A program made the translations under genes and the position numbers. Positions 40,516 to 53,940 of a DNA stretch of 64,000 nucleotides are shown in pieces (the first letter of the stretch is position 1; every line of letters starts with the position of its first letter). The stretch comes from Octopus sinensis. Taxonomy: Eukaryota. Under the pieces are notes generated by a model, which worked only from the letters and a program-made list of their open reading frames with translations, was not told where the DNA came from and ran no database searches. Location of the stretch: assembly GCF_006345805.1 (NCBI RefSeq), contig NC_043011.1, positions 54,944,464 to 55,008,463 on the forward strand, in the 5' to 3' direction.

Positions 40516-40698
40516 AGAGTTTACAAAAAAAAACAAAAGACAAAGACAGGTGGTGTACAAACCAAACAGATGTATTAGTATAACGCTCAGGAATAGAAAA
40601 AGTCTTTTACGTTTCGAGCCTATGCTCTTCCACAGAAAGGAACACAGAAAGAAACAAGGAGAGAAAAAAAAGAGAGAAAAAAATGTGTGTAGTGGCTA
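39868..40698. repeat. Nested inverted repeats (outer ~130-bp termini, inner 39994-40219 hairpin); probable non-autonomous Penelope-like element
   Basis: 39868-39996 is the reverse complement of about 40556-40698, and 39994-40045 is the reverse complement of 40168-40219. Confidence 0.8.
39914..39947 (+). ncRNA. Minimal hammerhead-like motif (variant core); further copies on - at 40604-40639 and 56930-56963
   Basis: ttt-CTGTAGA-a-GAGC-gtag-GCTC-GAAA-CG-TA-aaa, inside a repeated ~130-bp terminus. Confidence 0.5.
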
Positions 40699-42817
40699 TG
40701 TGTATATATATGTGTGTGTATATATATATATAATAGATTTAGCGATGATTTTAAGATGCAGGTAAATAGTATCAAGAGCTTAACAACATGATATCTTTTA
40801 TCTTTTACTTGTGTCAGTCATCAGGCTGTGGCCATGCTAGGGCACCACCTTGAAGAATTTTTAGTTGAATGAATCGATCCCAATACTTTTTTTTTAAAGC
40901 CTGGTAGTCATTCTATCAATCTCTTTTGTCAACCCACTAAGTTATGGGGACATAAACACACCAACACAGGTTGTCAAGCTGTGGTGCAGGACAAACACAG
41001 ACACAAAAGCATATATGTATATATACGACGGGTTTCTTTTAGTTTCCATCTACCAAATCCACTCACAAGGCTTTGCTGGTTGGTCTGAGACTGTAGAAGA
41101 CACTGGCCCATGTGGTTGGGAAGCAAGCTTCTTACTACACGGCCATGCCTACGCCTATATGCTTAAAATTTCTTCATATAACCAAGGAATGGCCGAATGA
41201 TATTATTCTTTTAGAAAAGACTTCCAAAACAAACTCTGAGTCTTTAAAAAAATAATCAGATCTAAAATAAAAAAGTAAAAAAAACGAAGATCTGTGCTTG
41301 TTTGGGAAAAAATTAAAAGAAAAAAATTGAATAACCAAGGGAAGTAACCTTGGCTATCTGCACAAAACGACAGCACCATTTGCATTCTTTCAATCGGTTA
41401 AAATTTTCATTGTAATCAAACTTATTAAATCCCACCACAAATTCTCCCACAGAACACAATAAGGTTGTGCAAAGGATTATGCTTAATAAGTAACAAGTGT
41501 ATTCAACTTTTTATAACAAGGAAAACAGATATTATATTCATTGCCATTATATACATATTTATAATAATTTTAAATATTTAACTTAATTTGCAGCCAAATG
41601 CTGTTTTATAACAATCCTTTCATTGAGCATCCATTTCCCTAGGTTCACATAATTGATCACATAATTGAATACAGTCACATCGGCTATCATATCATACATA
41701 CCAACTGTGTAAAAGATTACCACATAAACAATACAAAGAAAGGTGTGATATTTGATGTACATAAAAAAAGCTATAATTGGAACAAAGGTTTAAGAATTGC
41801 AGGTCCCTTTCACCCAAAATAAATCAAGTTCTCAATTACAGAGACATAAAAGGAATTTTTTGGCAAAATTTATAAATTAATGAAAGAGAAATAATTGTAA
41901 TTATTTCAAGTCTCGTTAATGATAAAATCTAACAGAATTATTAAATAAAACAACTAACTTAATACTGAGAAACTCCAGTTAGGTAATTACTCCAGTCCCT
42001 GAAGATTGCTTAGACGTTTATGAACTGTTATAAAAACATAGATGAAGATGGAATCAATGAAGGTGATGATAGCTAAAATGTGTAGTAGTAGTAGTAGTAG
42101 TAGTGGTAGTAAATGTGAATAAGAATATTCTTTTCTACTCTAGGCACAAGGCCGGACATTTTTGGGGAGGGGGGGGGCAGTCGATTAGATTGACCCCAGT
42201 ATGCAACTGGTACATAATTTATTAATCCTGAAAAGTTGAAACGCAAAGTCGACCTGAGCGGAATTTGAACTCAGAACATAAAAACAGACGAAATATCGCT
42301 AAGTATTTTGTCCGATATGCTAACATCTCTACCAGCTCACTGCCTTGTGAATAAGTATATTATGTAAGGTTTCTTATAATGGCATGAAGTCTGAGATTTT
42401 TAGAATAAGAGGATATGGGTGAGGTTGGGTGTGTAGTTGTAATTATTGAGGCATCCTAAAGATCGGATGTAATATAAGTGAAATTAAATTATTCCGACCA
42501 GTTATAATACTAATAATATAGCCTGAACAGGATAAGCTACCCCTATTTTGCAGAAAAAAGTGTTGGCGGTCGGCTACGAGACTCAAACTCACACCTTTGT
42601 GATTATAAAAAGAAAATAGGTCACATACCTGGATTACCAAAAGCCAACCTGTGAAATATTGTGAACTACTAAATTTCATAAATATTTCAGTTTTATGGTT
42701 GCTTGAGAGTCAGGTTGGAAATAACATTAGTAAATTTGAAGTGACTCAACAATAACAACACAAAAGAAAAGGCTGGAGTAAAAACATATACAAAAGATAC
42801 AAAACGATATAAAATCA

Positions 42818-43162
42818 TCAGACTTCAGCATCATAGTCTTCCAGGGTGTATTTGGTATTCACATAGTACAGTTCGTAAGCATAAGAACGATGCTTTTTGG
42901 TGACCGGTGATATGTATTCGCCAAATGGGTTGCGCCTATAGTCAAACTTGTGAAAATTCAAAGGAAGAAGAAGAGACAGTGTCTTGTACATCTCAATATA
43001 ATCGTATTTGGTTGGACGTACATTGCTGCTATTACCTGGTAAAACTGTGTGGATTTCAAAGGCTAACTGTTTAACATTGGCCAAACTGTTGTCAGCAAAT
43101 ATAGTTTTTAGACATGCCCACTCTTGATATTCAAGATCAACCTTAACATAGGAAATGATAGT
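42818..43162 (-). CDS. METTL24-like (Methyltransf_22/FkbM-like) methyltransferase, last exon
   Basis: ttttcag|ACT; encodes TIISYVKVDLEYQEW..VKQLAFEIH..YELYYVN..stop, matching the family motifs K.DIE..EW, VKQL..EIH and YEL...N. Confidence 0.88.
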   Translation of the reverse strand, partial: TIISYVKVDLEYQEWACLKTIFADNSLANVKQLAFEIHTVLPGNSSNVRPTKYDYIEMYKTLSLLLPLNFHKFDYRRNPFGEYISPVTKKHRSYAYELYYVNTKYTLEDYDAEV

Positions 43163-43283
43163 CTGAAAAAAAAAAAAAATATATATATATATATATATCT
43201 AATATAGGATAAAATTTTTCAAAAAACATTTTATCAATGGCCAGCATATTAAAAAATACCTTTAAAGGTTAAATTTATAAACA

Positions 43284-43638
43284 ACTTATAAACAAGGGCA
43301 AAAGAAAAAATTCTAATGCCAAATATGCCGAAAATAGACAAATTGTCAATAACCATATAATTTATCACTATAAACACGCGTCTCAAAGTAAGCCGACAGA
43401 AATTTCTAAAATTTTTACACATTTATGTCTTACGTATTTATCGCTGACGAGGAGAAAATTCTTATGAATTAACTCTGAAATTGGGACTGATATGATAACA
43501 ACGGAATTTTTTTGAAATTTTTGTCGGCTTACTTTGAGACGCGTGTTTATAGTGATAAATGATATGGTTATTGACAATTTGTCTATTTTCGGCATATTTG
43601 GCATTAGAATTTTTTTCTTTTGCCCTTGTTTATAAGTT
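43284..43638. repeat. Intronic fold-back with ~120-bp arms
   Basis: 43284-43406 and 43514-43638 are near-perfect reverse complements; a hammerhead motif lies in the spacer. Confidence 0.9.
43438..43498 (+). ncRNA. Type I hammerhead ribozyme motif with canonical core
   Basis: ttatcg-CTGACGA-GGAG..aattc-ttat-gaatt..CTCT-GAAA-ttgggactga-TA-tgataa. Stems I, II and III can all form; AUA triplet. Confidence 0.65.
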
Positions 43639-43864
43639 ATATATATAATATATATATATATATATAAATAAACAAAATATATCATCAGAAATATATATAC
43701 ATAAAAGTTAAAATATATAAGTAGAAATATAATTTAAAGTTTAAAATATGACATAAATATATATATTACAGACATTTTTTTTTCTTTTTACAAACATTTT
43801 GTTGGATGGCCGTTGACCATTCATGGAGTTCCTCCACCCTTTGACAGATCTTATTTTTTATACT

Positions 43865-45205
43865 GCAGGGTGTCCACTGAAAGTGGATGGCACCTGTGGA
43901 AGAGGGAGACCCAGGAAGACGTGGGATGAAGTGGTGAGGACTGATCTTAGGATGTTGGGGTTCATGGAGGAAATGACAAAGGACTGAGATGTTTGGCAAT
44001 ACAAGGTTCTTGAGAAGAACCTGCCCACATCAGCGAAACTGAGTGCTAGAAGGGTTTTGTCCCACCCACATGTAACAACAAACTTTTCACTCACCCTACC
44101 CCAAGAAACCAAACTACATCTCCTCTTCTAAGTTGCATCTTTCACTTCCTCACATTTCCTCTTCATAAACTATGATTATCTTCTAATCCCCTTCTCTACC
44201 CTCACTGCTCTGTTCTCTGTATCACTGCTTTCCCCCACCCCATTTTTATACCCAGGTTTTCACCAGTCACTGCAATCCTCACTCCCTACCTGTGCCTTCT
44301 TGACAATACCTGACCATGCATATTATGACCTTCGTACCTCTCTCTTCTTTACTCTACCATCACATCTCTACTCTGATCTTCATTACTTCTGAGTATACCC
44401 TGAGTATACCTTGGCACTTCACCATCTCTCCCCTGTTCTCTCTTGTACTTTTGCTGTTTCCACTCTCTCTCTTTCCCTTACTCTTCCTCCAAATTGGTAG
44501 CCACGTGTCTCCTCTACAGCAGCATACCTATTTTTGCCCTCATTCTCTCCTTCTCTTGCTTTCCCTCCAACTAGGTAACCAAGTATCCCCTTTACATCAA
44601 CACACCTATTTCTGTCCTCTTTCTTGTACCTCTCTCTCCCTTTCTCTTCGCCCCCCCCTCTGGATAACTATGTACTTCCTCTATAGCAAGATACCAATTT
44701 CTGCCTCTCTGTCACACTCTAACCTTTCACCATCTGACACCAGATCGTGCGTCCCATCCCAAAGCCCCCTCCATTAAAGCAAGACACCTGTTTCTGCCTC
44801 TCTGTCTCTCGGTTACACTCTAACCTTTCATCTTCTGACAAAAGTTCCCCTCCCCAAATGTCTCTGCCCCTCTCAAAATTCCTTGTCTTGCAAGTTACTT
44901 GGTGGCCCTGCCAGTGCTGGTGTCACATTGAAAGCATCCATTCCACATTGTAAAGTGGTTGGCATTTGGAAGGGCAGGCATTCCAGCTGTAAAAATCATG
45001 TCAAAACTAACCTCACCTTTGTTAATGCTACATAAAAAGCACTGAGTCCCCTCTGCAGAGTGGTTGGTGTTAGGAAAGGCATCCAGCCATAAAAACCCTG
45101 CCAAAACAGACACAGTAGCCTAGGGTAGTTTTTCTACCTGTCTGGCTCCTGCCAACTGTCCTACCCATGTATGCATGGAAGACGGACATTAAACGATGAC
45201 GATGT
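43865..45205 (+). mobile_element. RTE LINE 3' end (C-terminus, pyrimidine-rich 3' UTR and GAT-repeat tail)
   Basis: LKVDGTCGRGRPRKTWDEVVRTDL at about 43880-43950 is the typical RTE C-terminus; the element ends ...gcatggaagacggacattaaacgatgacgat. Confidence 0.7.
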
Positions 45206-45696
45206 TTATCACAACTAAAATTAGTTGTGATACATGTGCCAATGGCACGTAAAAAGCACCATCCGAACGTGGCTGATGCCAGTGCCGCCTTGACTGGCTT
45301 CTGTGCCGGTGGCACGTAAAAGCACCAACCAATTGTGGCTGCTGCCAGCCTCCCCTGGTACCTGTGCCGGTGGCACGTAAAAAGCACCCACTACACTCAC
45401 GGAGTGGTTGGCGTTAGGAAAGGCATCCAGCTGTAGAAACACTGCCAGATCAGACTGGAGCCTGGTGCAGCCTCCTGGCTTCCCAGACCCTGGTCGAACC
45501 GTCCAACCCATGCTAGCATGGAAAACAGACGTTAAACGATGATGATGATGATGAATCATGCAATTAATTCAGTCATTCAGCCTTATAACATGACTCAGAA
45601 GAATTAAAAAATTTTACGGAACAAATTCTCAGAATTCTCTCAAATTTACAGAATATTCAGATATTGCATATTGTAGAAAAAGAAAATGGTAATTAC

Positions 45697-45835
45697 CTGC
45701 AAATGACCATTCTGCTCAAGTAACTTTTTGAAAGTCACTGTTGTCCAGCCTTCTGGGCTGGAATCATCTTTTTTACTGAGTCCTAAGTTGTGCACATGGA
45801 TCAAGTTGGACTTCTTCCTGTTAAGTTTCTTCTTT
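45697..45835 (-). CDS. METTL24-like methyltransferase exon
   Basis: attaacag|A...CAG|gtaatt; 139 nt, phase 2 to 0; encodes KKKLNRKKSNLIHVHNLGLSKKDDSSPEGWTTVTFKKLLEQNGHLQ. Confidence 0.85.
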
Positions 45836-47392
45836 CTGTTAATATAAATATTGAGAATAGAGTGTTGGAAAGAGAAACATTGCTGAGATTAGTATTTAGA
45901 ACAAATTCGGTGACTGGCATCTGTTGCTAGTGGAGCACTAAGAGTACCATACGAGTGAGATCGTTGCCAGAGCAACAAGCTGGCCTTCGTGCCAATGGCA
46001 CGTTAAGCACACCATTCGAGCGTGATCGTTACTGTGTCGCCTTACTAACGCTTGTGCTGGTGGCACGTGAAACATTCGAACAAGGTCATTGCCAGTGCCG
46101 CTGGACTGGCTCCTGTGCAGGTGAAATGTAAAAAGCACCATTTGGGCGTGGCCGTTGCCAGTACCACCAAACTGGCCCTCGTGCCGGTGGCACATAAAAG
46201 CACCCACTACACTCTCGGGGTAGTTGGTGTTAAGAAGGGCATCCAACTGTAGAAACTCTGCCAGATCAGATTGGAGTCTGGTTCGCCAGACCTCAGTCAA
46301 ATCGTCCAACCCATGCTAGCATGGAAAGCGGACGTTAAATGATGATGATGAACTTGGAGTTGAGCTTTTTTTTTGGGGGGGGGGTATTTCAGATACATAT
46401 CCATAGAAGGATTAAAGAAACTATAGTTATGGTTAGAGAAGCAGTTGTATATTTCTGAGAAATTCCATAGAAAATGCCTCTTCATTATTGTGGAAATCAA
46501 TGCAGGTGAAATAGGAGGATCTAAAATAGGCGATTCATGCCTTTTTATGTGCTACTAAGTTGACTTTCAGGGTGTACAGGGAAGGAAATCCATAGAGGCA
46601 ATATTGTAGGAAGGAAGGAATGGGAGTCAAGGTTGAAATCCCAGGTACTTCACTGACAACAAATTCTTCCCTATTTAATCTCTAAGAATTTTATCCAAAA
46701 TTATGTTCTGAAACATTCAAATAATATCTAGATAATCTGAATGAAACATCTGCAAACACACAGGGCTAAAAGTTAGCAGCTCTCAAAAACCAGTTGATCT
46801 ATCAGTTCACACTACTATCATCTATGTATGCTCATTCATAGATCTTTGAGAGCAGAGAGAATATCAACAACATGAAGGACTGGTTGAGGTAATTAAAGAG
46901 CCACTATACACTTGCTCAATCTGCTAGTAATAACAGCCAGATCTCACTTCCAGCCACCAAAAAAGGGACATATTAGATAATTTAGTCAACCACAGATACA
47001 CTTAAAAGGATATGATAATCATGAAAAGACTAATTTTGATCTCAGATCAGCAACATTCAAGCTCGGTAAAGGTTAGCCTAGGTCTGCATCCCTTGGGCTA
47101 AGCTGAGGCTAACCTAGATCTTGATCATTTCTGCTAACCCAGACTACCCTAGATCTGTATCATGTGGGCTAAACTGAGGCTAACCTAGATCTGCATCATG
47201 TAGACCAGTGATTTTGAACCAGGGACGAATCACCTCTTTGGGAATGAAAGTCAAATTTTGTGGGGCAATGAATACTGTCTTCTGTTTGTTAGATATTTTC
47301 ACTGTACAAACAAGTCGGACCACATTAATACGTTTGTAAGAGTAAATAAGAATTAATGAAAGAATAAAATTAAAATCAATAGAAGAACTCAC

Positions 47393-47467
47393 GCAGGGTT
47401 AAATACATGGACATGGCAACCATAAATATAAGAAACTGCATCATCAAATTCAGTGTTTGCACCCGTT
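47393..47467 (-). CDS. METTL24-like methyltransferase exon
   Basis: ttctcag|A...GC|gtgagt; 75 nt; encodes TGANTEFDDAVSYIYGCHVHVFNP (family pattern FDD....GC.VH.FDP). Confidence 0.85.
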
Positions 47468-47819
47468 CTGAGAAAATAATGAAAAAGAAAAACAAATATT
47501 GTCATAAAAGTATTTACACAATTGTTAAGAAAAATATGTAAATATGCCCAGATGTTTTTGCTTTGTTCTTTTTTTCTTGCTTTTAATGAAAATAATTAAT
47601 TACAAAGAAATTATATTTTGGAAACCAGTGATGACTAACTACCACACAGCATAGTCACACTACTTAACACCCACACACAATATGTAAAGACTGCCTCACA
47701 CCACCAAAACAGTAGGTCAAATTTCAACAAATCCCATCTCTGCACAAAATACACAAAATACATGCATGCACGCACGCACGCACACACACACAGATACATA
47801 CATATATATATACACACAC

Positions 47820-47858
<39 letters not shown>

Positions 47859-48199
47859 CATATATACACACACACATATATATATACATGTGTGTGTGTG
47901 TGTGTTGTATTTAGGAATGGTCATTTTGTCAGTTTAGCCAATAAGAACACACGCACTATATATTTGGTGTTAATTTGCTTCAGCTTTATTTATTTTTTAC
48001 ACTAATCTTAATCTTATTTCGGCCAGAGTTCTTTCATCACACTCCTGTGACCTCATCAGTGGTCCTTTGCTTTCTTCTTTCTTATTTGTTCGTGTAATTT
48101 GTTTTTGTTTATTTTGTTCCTGTGTTTACACCTACTTATTATTATTTTTTTGGTTGTATTTAAATTAATTTTTTTTTAATGTATATAGTTATTTACTCC

Positions 48200-49360
48200 A
48201 TACTCGTGAACATGTACTCTCGCTATGTTGATGATATCAACATAGTGGTAAAGGCACCCCCATAAGAGAGTACTCTTGAAATAGAAATAGAAACTAATAC
48301 TATGGAGAGCATCCAGCAAATAGCTAACTCCATCAACCAGAGTATTAAGGTCACAATAGACTACCCTACTAAACACCCTAACCATAGACTACCAGTATTA
48401 GACACAGAACTCTGGCTGGAAACTGAGAATAATAAAACCCGAATCCTTTATTCATACTATGCCAAACCTATGGCCTCCAAATACTTGATCCACCGGAACT
48501 CGGCTATTGCGGACAATGCCAAATTCAATATTTTGATGGCAGACCTCGTCAGAATAATGTGAAATGTGTCCCGCATGTGCAACCCTACAGAGTTAAAGAG
48601 ATACATACAACATTTCGTTCACTGCATGCAGTTCTCAGGTTACAGCCATAAAGAAAGGATCAGAGTATACAAAGGAGTCATAAAGAAATTTGATACTATC
48701 ATATGTAATGATAGGAATGGGATTTGCCCACTCTATAGGAGCAAGACATGGAACACTATTGAAAGGACTAAGAAGAAAATAGGGAAGGCCAACTCTGGGG
48801 ATGATAGCCACAAATACCAGAGTGTCATGTTCGTTGACACCACCCCTAGAGGCAAACTGGCGTACTGCTTTAGAAGGGCCCTAGACAAACTTAAGCTAAG
48901 GATTAAGGTTGTTGAAAAGCCAGGCAACCCTATCAAATCCCTAATCGGTAGAACCTACCCTTTTAGTAGAACCACCTGTACGGATAGGAACTGTACTGTG
49001 TGTAGATTTAGCCCACAAACAAACTGTAAAGCCAGAAATGTAGTCTATAGTATAAGATGTATAGAGGGACGATGCAGTAACAAGACAACAACATACGTAG
49101 GGGAAATGGCATGGAGCATAGGAGAGCGGGTAAATGAATATTGGAGAGAACTTAAGGAAGAAAAGAGCTCATCAGTTCTGTACCAGCACGCCGAGCAGGA
49201 ACACGGGGGCTAACTCAACAACATAGAAAATAAAATCTTGTCCACACATAGAACAGACGCAACAATTAGACAAATTACGGAAGCTACACACATAATAGGA
49301 GATAAACCTAGCCTAAATAGGAAACTGGAATGGAACACTAGCACACACCACAGTATATGA
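48200..49360 (+). mobile_element. Penelope-like element 3' remnant (RT thumb and GIY-YIG endonuclease), in a METTL24-like intron
   Basis: DYPTKHPNHRLPVLD, YAKPMAS, CKARNVVYSIRC...YVGE...SIGER...S.LYQH; in-frame stops are present. Confidence 0.85.
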
Positions 49361-49489
49361 CAGAAGAAGATCCCCATAAACTGGTAACAATATAAACAAA
49401 TAAAAGTAAATAACTATATACATTAACAAAAAAAAATTAATTTAACTAAATACAACTAAAAAAATTAATAACAATAATAATAAGTACAC

Positions 49490-49740
49490 CCATGGTACCT
49501 CCTTCACATACAAAACCAAACTGCATCTCATCTAGCTCTATGCAGTCATGAATCAATTGGGCTATGATTCTCTCTGTGACTGTCATAACCTGATCCAGTA
49601 ATAATAATTCCTCTCTAACTGCTTCCATCTCAGGCATCTCGTTTGCCTTTGTAGCAGTTTACAATGGTACTGTTATGCCAGTTACTGGGTAGGACTACCT
49701 CTGGTATAACTTGATTTACTAATGACCTGGCTACATATCT
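49490..49740 (-). mobile_element. RTE LINE RT fragment
   Basis: LLDQVMTVTERIIAQLI....LDEMQFGF is homologous to the 22000-22200 region of the RTE element. Confidence 0.7.
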
Positions 49741-52419
49741 TCTTTACTTCCGTCTCCTCTACCTATACCCCTAACATTTGGCACTCAGCCACCTTGCTTA
49801 ATATTACTCCCACCCTCAGTAGAGGGGGGTTTGTCTTGTAAATTATTTGGTGACCTCACAGTTGATGGTCTCACATAAAAGGCAACCAGTCTGTGCTGTA
49901 AAGTGATTGTGTTAGGAAGGACACTCAGCAGTAAACAATGAAAACTTGGTACAATCTTCTGATGATACCAGCTCCTGTCAAACCATCCCACCACATACCA
50001 GCATGGAGAACAGATGATGATGATAATGATGATGATATACAGGGAGCTTCTTTCAGTTTCCACCAACCAAATCCACCCAAAAATTCTTCGGTCAGCCCAG
50101 AGTTATAATAGAAGATATTTGTCCAAGGTGTCACACATTGAGACTGAACCCGAAAAAATATAATCAGTAAAAAAAAAATTTTCTAAACCACACAGCCACG
50201 CCTGCACCTATTAGAGTAAGAGAACTCAATAAGAATTGAACTCAGTGTAAAGTAGATGGATCTCTGTTCCGTTTGACAAAGAGCATTCACTTGCTTGATC
50301 AACTTGATTACCTCCCTTCATTAGATGAGCGGCCAAGTGGCTGATTATTTCATCAACAGGGATACCTATTTCTTTACTACCCACAAGGGGCTAAACACAG
50401 ATAGGACAAACAAGGACAGACAAACGGATTAAATCGATTATATGGACCCCAGTGCGTAACTGGTACTTATTTAATCGACCCCGAAAGGATGAAGGGCAAA
50501 GTCAACCTTGGCGGAATTTGAACTCAGAACGTAACGGCAGACGAAATACCTATTTCTTTACTACCCACAAAGGGCTAAATACAGGGTGGGGGGACAAACA
50601 AGGACAGACAAATGAATTACGTCGATTATATCGACCCCACTGCGTAACTGGTACTTAATTTATCGACTCCGAAAGGATGAAAGGCAAAGTCGACCTCGGC
50701 GGAATTTGAACTCAGAACGTAAAGGCAGACGAAATACGGCTACGCATTTCGCCCGGCGTGCTAACGTTTCTGGCAGCTCGCCGCCTTGATACCCTTAACA
50801 TAATTAAGGGATACCCGTAACATAATTTTCAGTCAGACTCAGCATAACAAGGGTGAACTTTTACATTACAGATATTGTCCATCAAATGTGCTTCTGCACA
50901 GTTTCCTTTAACTTAATGTATCGACCCCAAAAGGATGAAAGGCAAAGTCGACCTCGGCGAAATTCGAACTCAGAATGTAAAGACATGCTAATCAACATCT
51001 GTCCAAGATGCAACGCAGTGGGATTGAACCCAGAACTTGGTGAGAGCGAAATGAAATTCTTAATCATTCGGCCGTACAAAACACGCACATACGCGCGCGC
51101 ACACAATGTATATCCTTTCCTTTCTGTGCACAAGGTCTTTCACTGGTACTTAATTTATCGACCCCGAAGGAACGAAAGACAAAGTCGACCTCGGCAGAAT
51201 GTAGATCGACTTTGACAAGTTCCCAGTAAGAGTTGTTTCCCTTCAATAATTCTGCAAAGTATTTTGTGGTTTACTATTCATTTTTATTATGGCGGCGAAC
51301 TGGCAGAAACGTTAGCACGCCGGGCGAAATGCTTAGTAGTATTTCGTCTGTCTTTACATTCTGAGTTCGAATTCCGCCAAGGTCGACTTTGCCTTTCATC
51401 CTTTTGGGGTCGATACATTAAGCACCAATTGCGTACTGAGGTCGATCTAATCGACTGGCCCCCTCCCCAAAAATTTCGGGCCTTGTGCCTAGAGAATATT
51501 CGTTTTTATTCTTACGTTCTGGGTTCAAATTTCGCTGAGGTAGAGTTTGCCTTTCATCCTTGCGGGGGTCAATTAAATAAGTACCAGGTACGCACTGGGG
51601 TCGATGTAATCGACTTAATCCCTTTGTCTGTCCTTGTTTGTCCCCTCTATGTTTAGCCCCCACCCCCTGTGGGCAATAAAGAAAGAAATATTCATTTTTA
51701 TTTGAGTCAACGAAGAGCCTCTGACGTTACTGTTCGATCCAGTAGAAATAACAGCCAAATCTCCTTTAAATCACATCCAGCTGTATGAAGAAAAATACGT
51801 ACAGAAAAAGACTAATAAAACGATCATCACTAATAGCCTTTGATCCTAAGTCACCTGGATCAAAGTTGACTTAGGACCAAACAACCACAATTAGTGGAAC
51901 TGCCAAAAAGATGAAGTAGGTCCTAGATGATTTGCAGTTTGAGATTCGATTCATTAAGCAAATATTTAATATAAGCACAGGATGTGTGGTTAAGAAGTAA
52001 CCATATGGTTTTGGGTTCAGTTTCACTGCATGAAACCTTAGGCAACTGTCTTCTATTACAGCTCTGAGATGTCCAATGCCTTGAGTATATTTGGTAGATG
52101 AAAGCTCATTGTGTGTGTATGATGGTTAAGGAATTGGGGTAAGAGCAGGCTCTTGTAGTGGAGCTACTCACATTTGGGAGAGATTGAGTGACAGAACATT
52201 AATCAACTTAATTATAGCAGAAGACACTTGACTAAAGTGCCATGCAGTGGAACTGAACCCAAAATCTACAGCCATACCTGCATCTATCATATTTTTATTT
52301 CAATAAATATTTTTTTCTATATAATTCCTAATGTTGTTGCTTCATTTGCCAGCAAATATTAATGTACTGGTGTCATAAATTCTTGTAAGGGACTTATGAA
52401 GAGAAAGGATATCACTTAC

Positions 52420-52548
52420 CCAATAAGATAAACAATACAAGGTTTAGTAAGCCCAAAAGGTGGAGAAAGGCAGACATTCCAACCACCTGCTCCTTGATGG
52501 CCAAGTCGTTCATTCTTTTTACACCAAATTTCTTTTCTAATGAGAAAC
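52420..52548 (-). CDS. METTL24-like methyltransferase exon
   Basis: ttcaaag|G...TGG|gtaagt; encodes FLIRKEIWCKKNERLGHQGAGGWNVCLSPPFGLTKPCIVYLIG, matching the family pattern C..R.G...GGW.VC...C.VY..G. Confidence 0.85.
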
Positions 52549-53940
52549 CTTTGAAGAAAACAACATAGGAATTTATTAGATTTTAATGTTTTAAAATATA
52601 AAAAAATTATAGAAAATAAAAAAGAATAGATACATATACAAAGAAGAAAAATTCTTGATTAAAGTAGCCGAAATGAATATGGAAATCAGTGGTTATCAAA
52701 CTGTACCACAAGAAGTCTCTCAGAATGCCATGGAATTTTAAAAACAATTTAAGCCTTGGAATATCCATACTAATGTTCAAGTGTCTTCTAAAACATATTT
52801 CTCATAATTTCGTTATACACAAGTATGATTAATAAAACAAAGTAGGCAATAGCTTTTTTCTTCTAAATTGTTTTCTTTAGAATGTAAAGTGTGTCATTTT
52901 TTGCTTGAGCTCCAGTGTATCTTCCTGACCTACTGATGCAGGTAGACATTTGGAAGGACTGATCATCATCAATGATGACCAAACATTGTATAGAGAGTGG
53001 AATGCCAAAGAATAGACCTAATGCTTTTTTTTGGGGGGGGGGTATCATAAAAGGCAAGTAAAAGAGGTTGAGATAGGATCTGCACTCCAACCTTGTAAAA
53101 CTCTCATTAGTAGCAACATCCCAAACAGACTCCTCAAATTCTTTCTTCTGAGGTAGCAGCTCGACTGCCTGTAAGGCACATCACATAAAACATTTGGGGC
53201 AAAACCGTCAGGAGCCATCCACCAAATGGGGAAAACCCCAGAGGACAGACTGGGTTGGAGGGTTGTGGCCTGAGGGGAGTGGTTGGCGTTAGGAAGGGCA
53301 TCCGGCTGTAGAAACACTGCCAGATCAGACAGGAACCTGGTGCAGCCTCCTGGCTTCCCAGACCCCAGTCGAACCGTCCAACCCATGCTAGCATGGAAAG
53401 CAGATGTTAAACGATGATGATGATGATGAATTGCCAGCTCAGAGATCTGGTCCAAATGCTTTCAAAAGACTGGATCCTATAAATGGTAGCCAAGAGTCAG
53501 GTTGTTGTGTTAAATTGGGATTAAGTCTACCTGATGTATGGAAGGTATTTTATTGATACTAATATTATTTGTAATATCTTAATGCAATACAATATGGTCT
53601 TACACTCATGCACTTTATTTTTCTGTGTATGAAAAGAGAACATGATGTATTCACATCTGTTTAAAGTTCCAGAGCTAAAGGCTTAAAAACTGTAATTTAA
53701 TTACTTTAAATAAACACATACACATTGATGAAACATGGCCACTTGAATGATAAAACTAACAGCCTTAAATCACACCCTAGTATCTTAAAAATAAAGACAC
53801 AGTACTACATAGACTATACTGGAGTTAAAAAGGAAAAAAAAAAAAAGAATATGACAAAATGGAATGGCTGTCACCACATCTGTTTGATCAGAGTTAATAA
53901 GAGATTAAAAAAAATCATTATAAATAAAAATAAAACTCAC

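Noticed and set aside
47065-47205. Short degenerate tandem repeats (gggctaa.ctgaggctaacctagatc)
   Set aside because: Only two or three diverged intronic units, with no further structure I can support.
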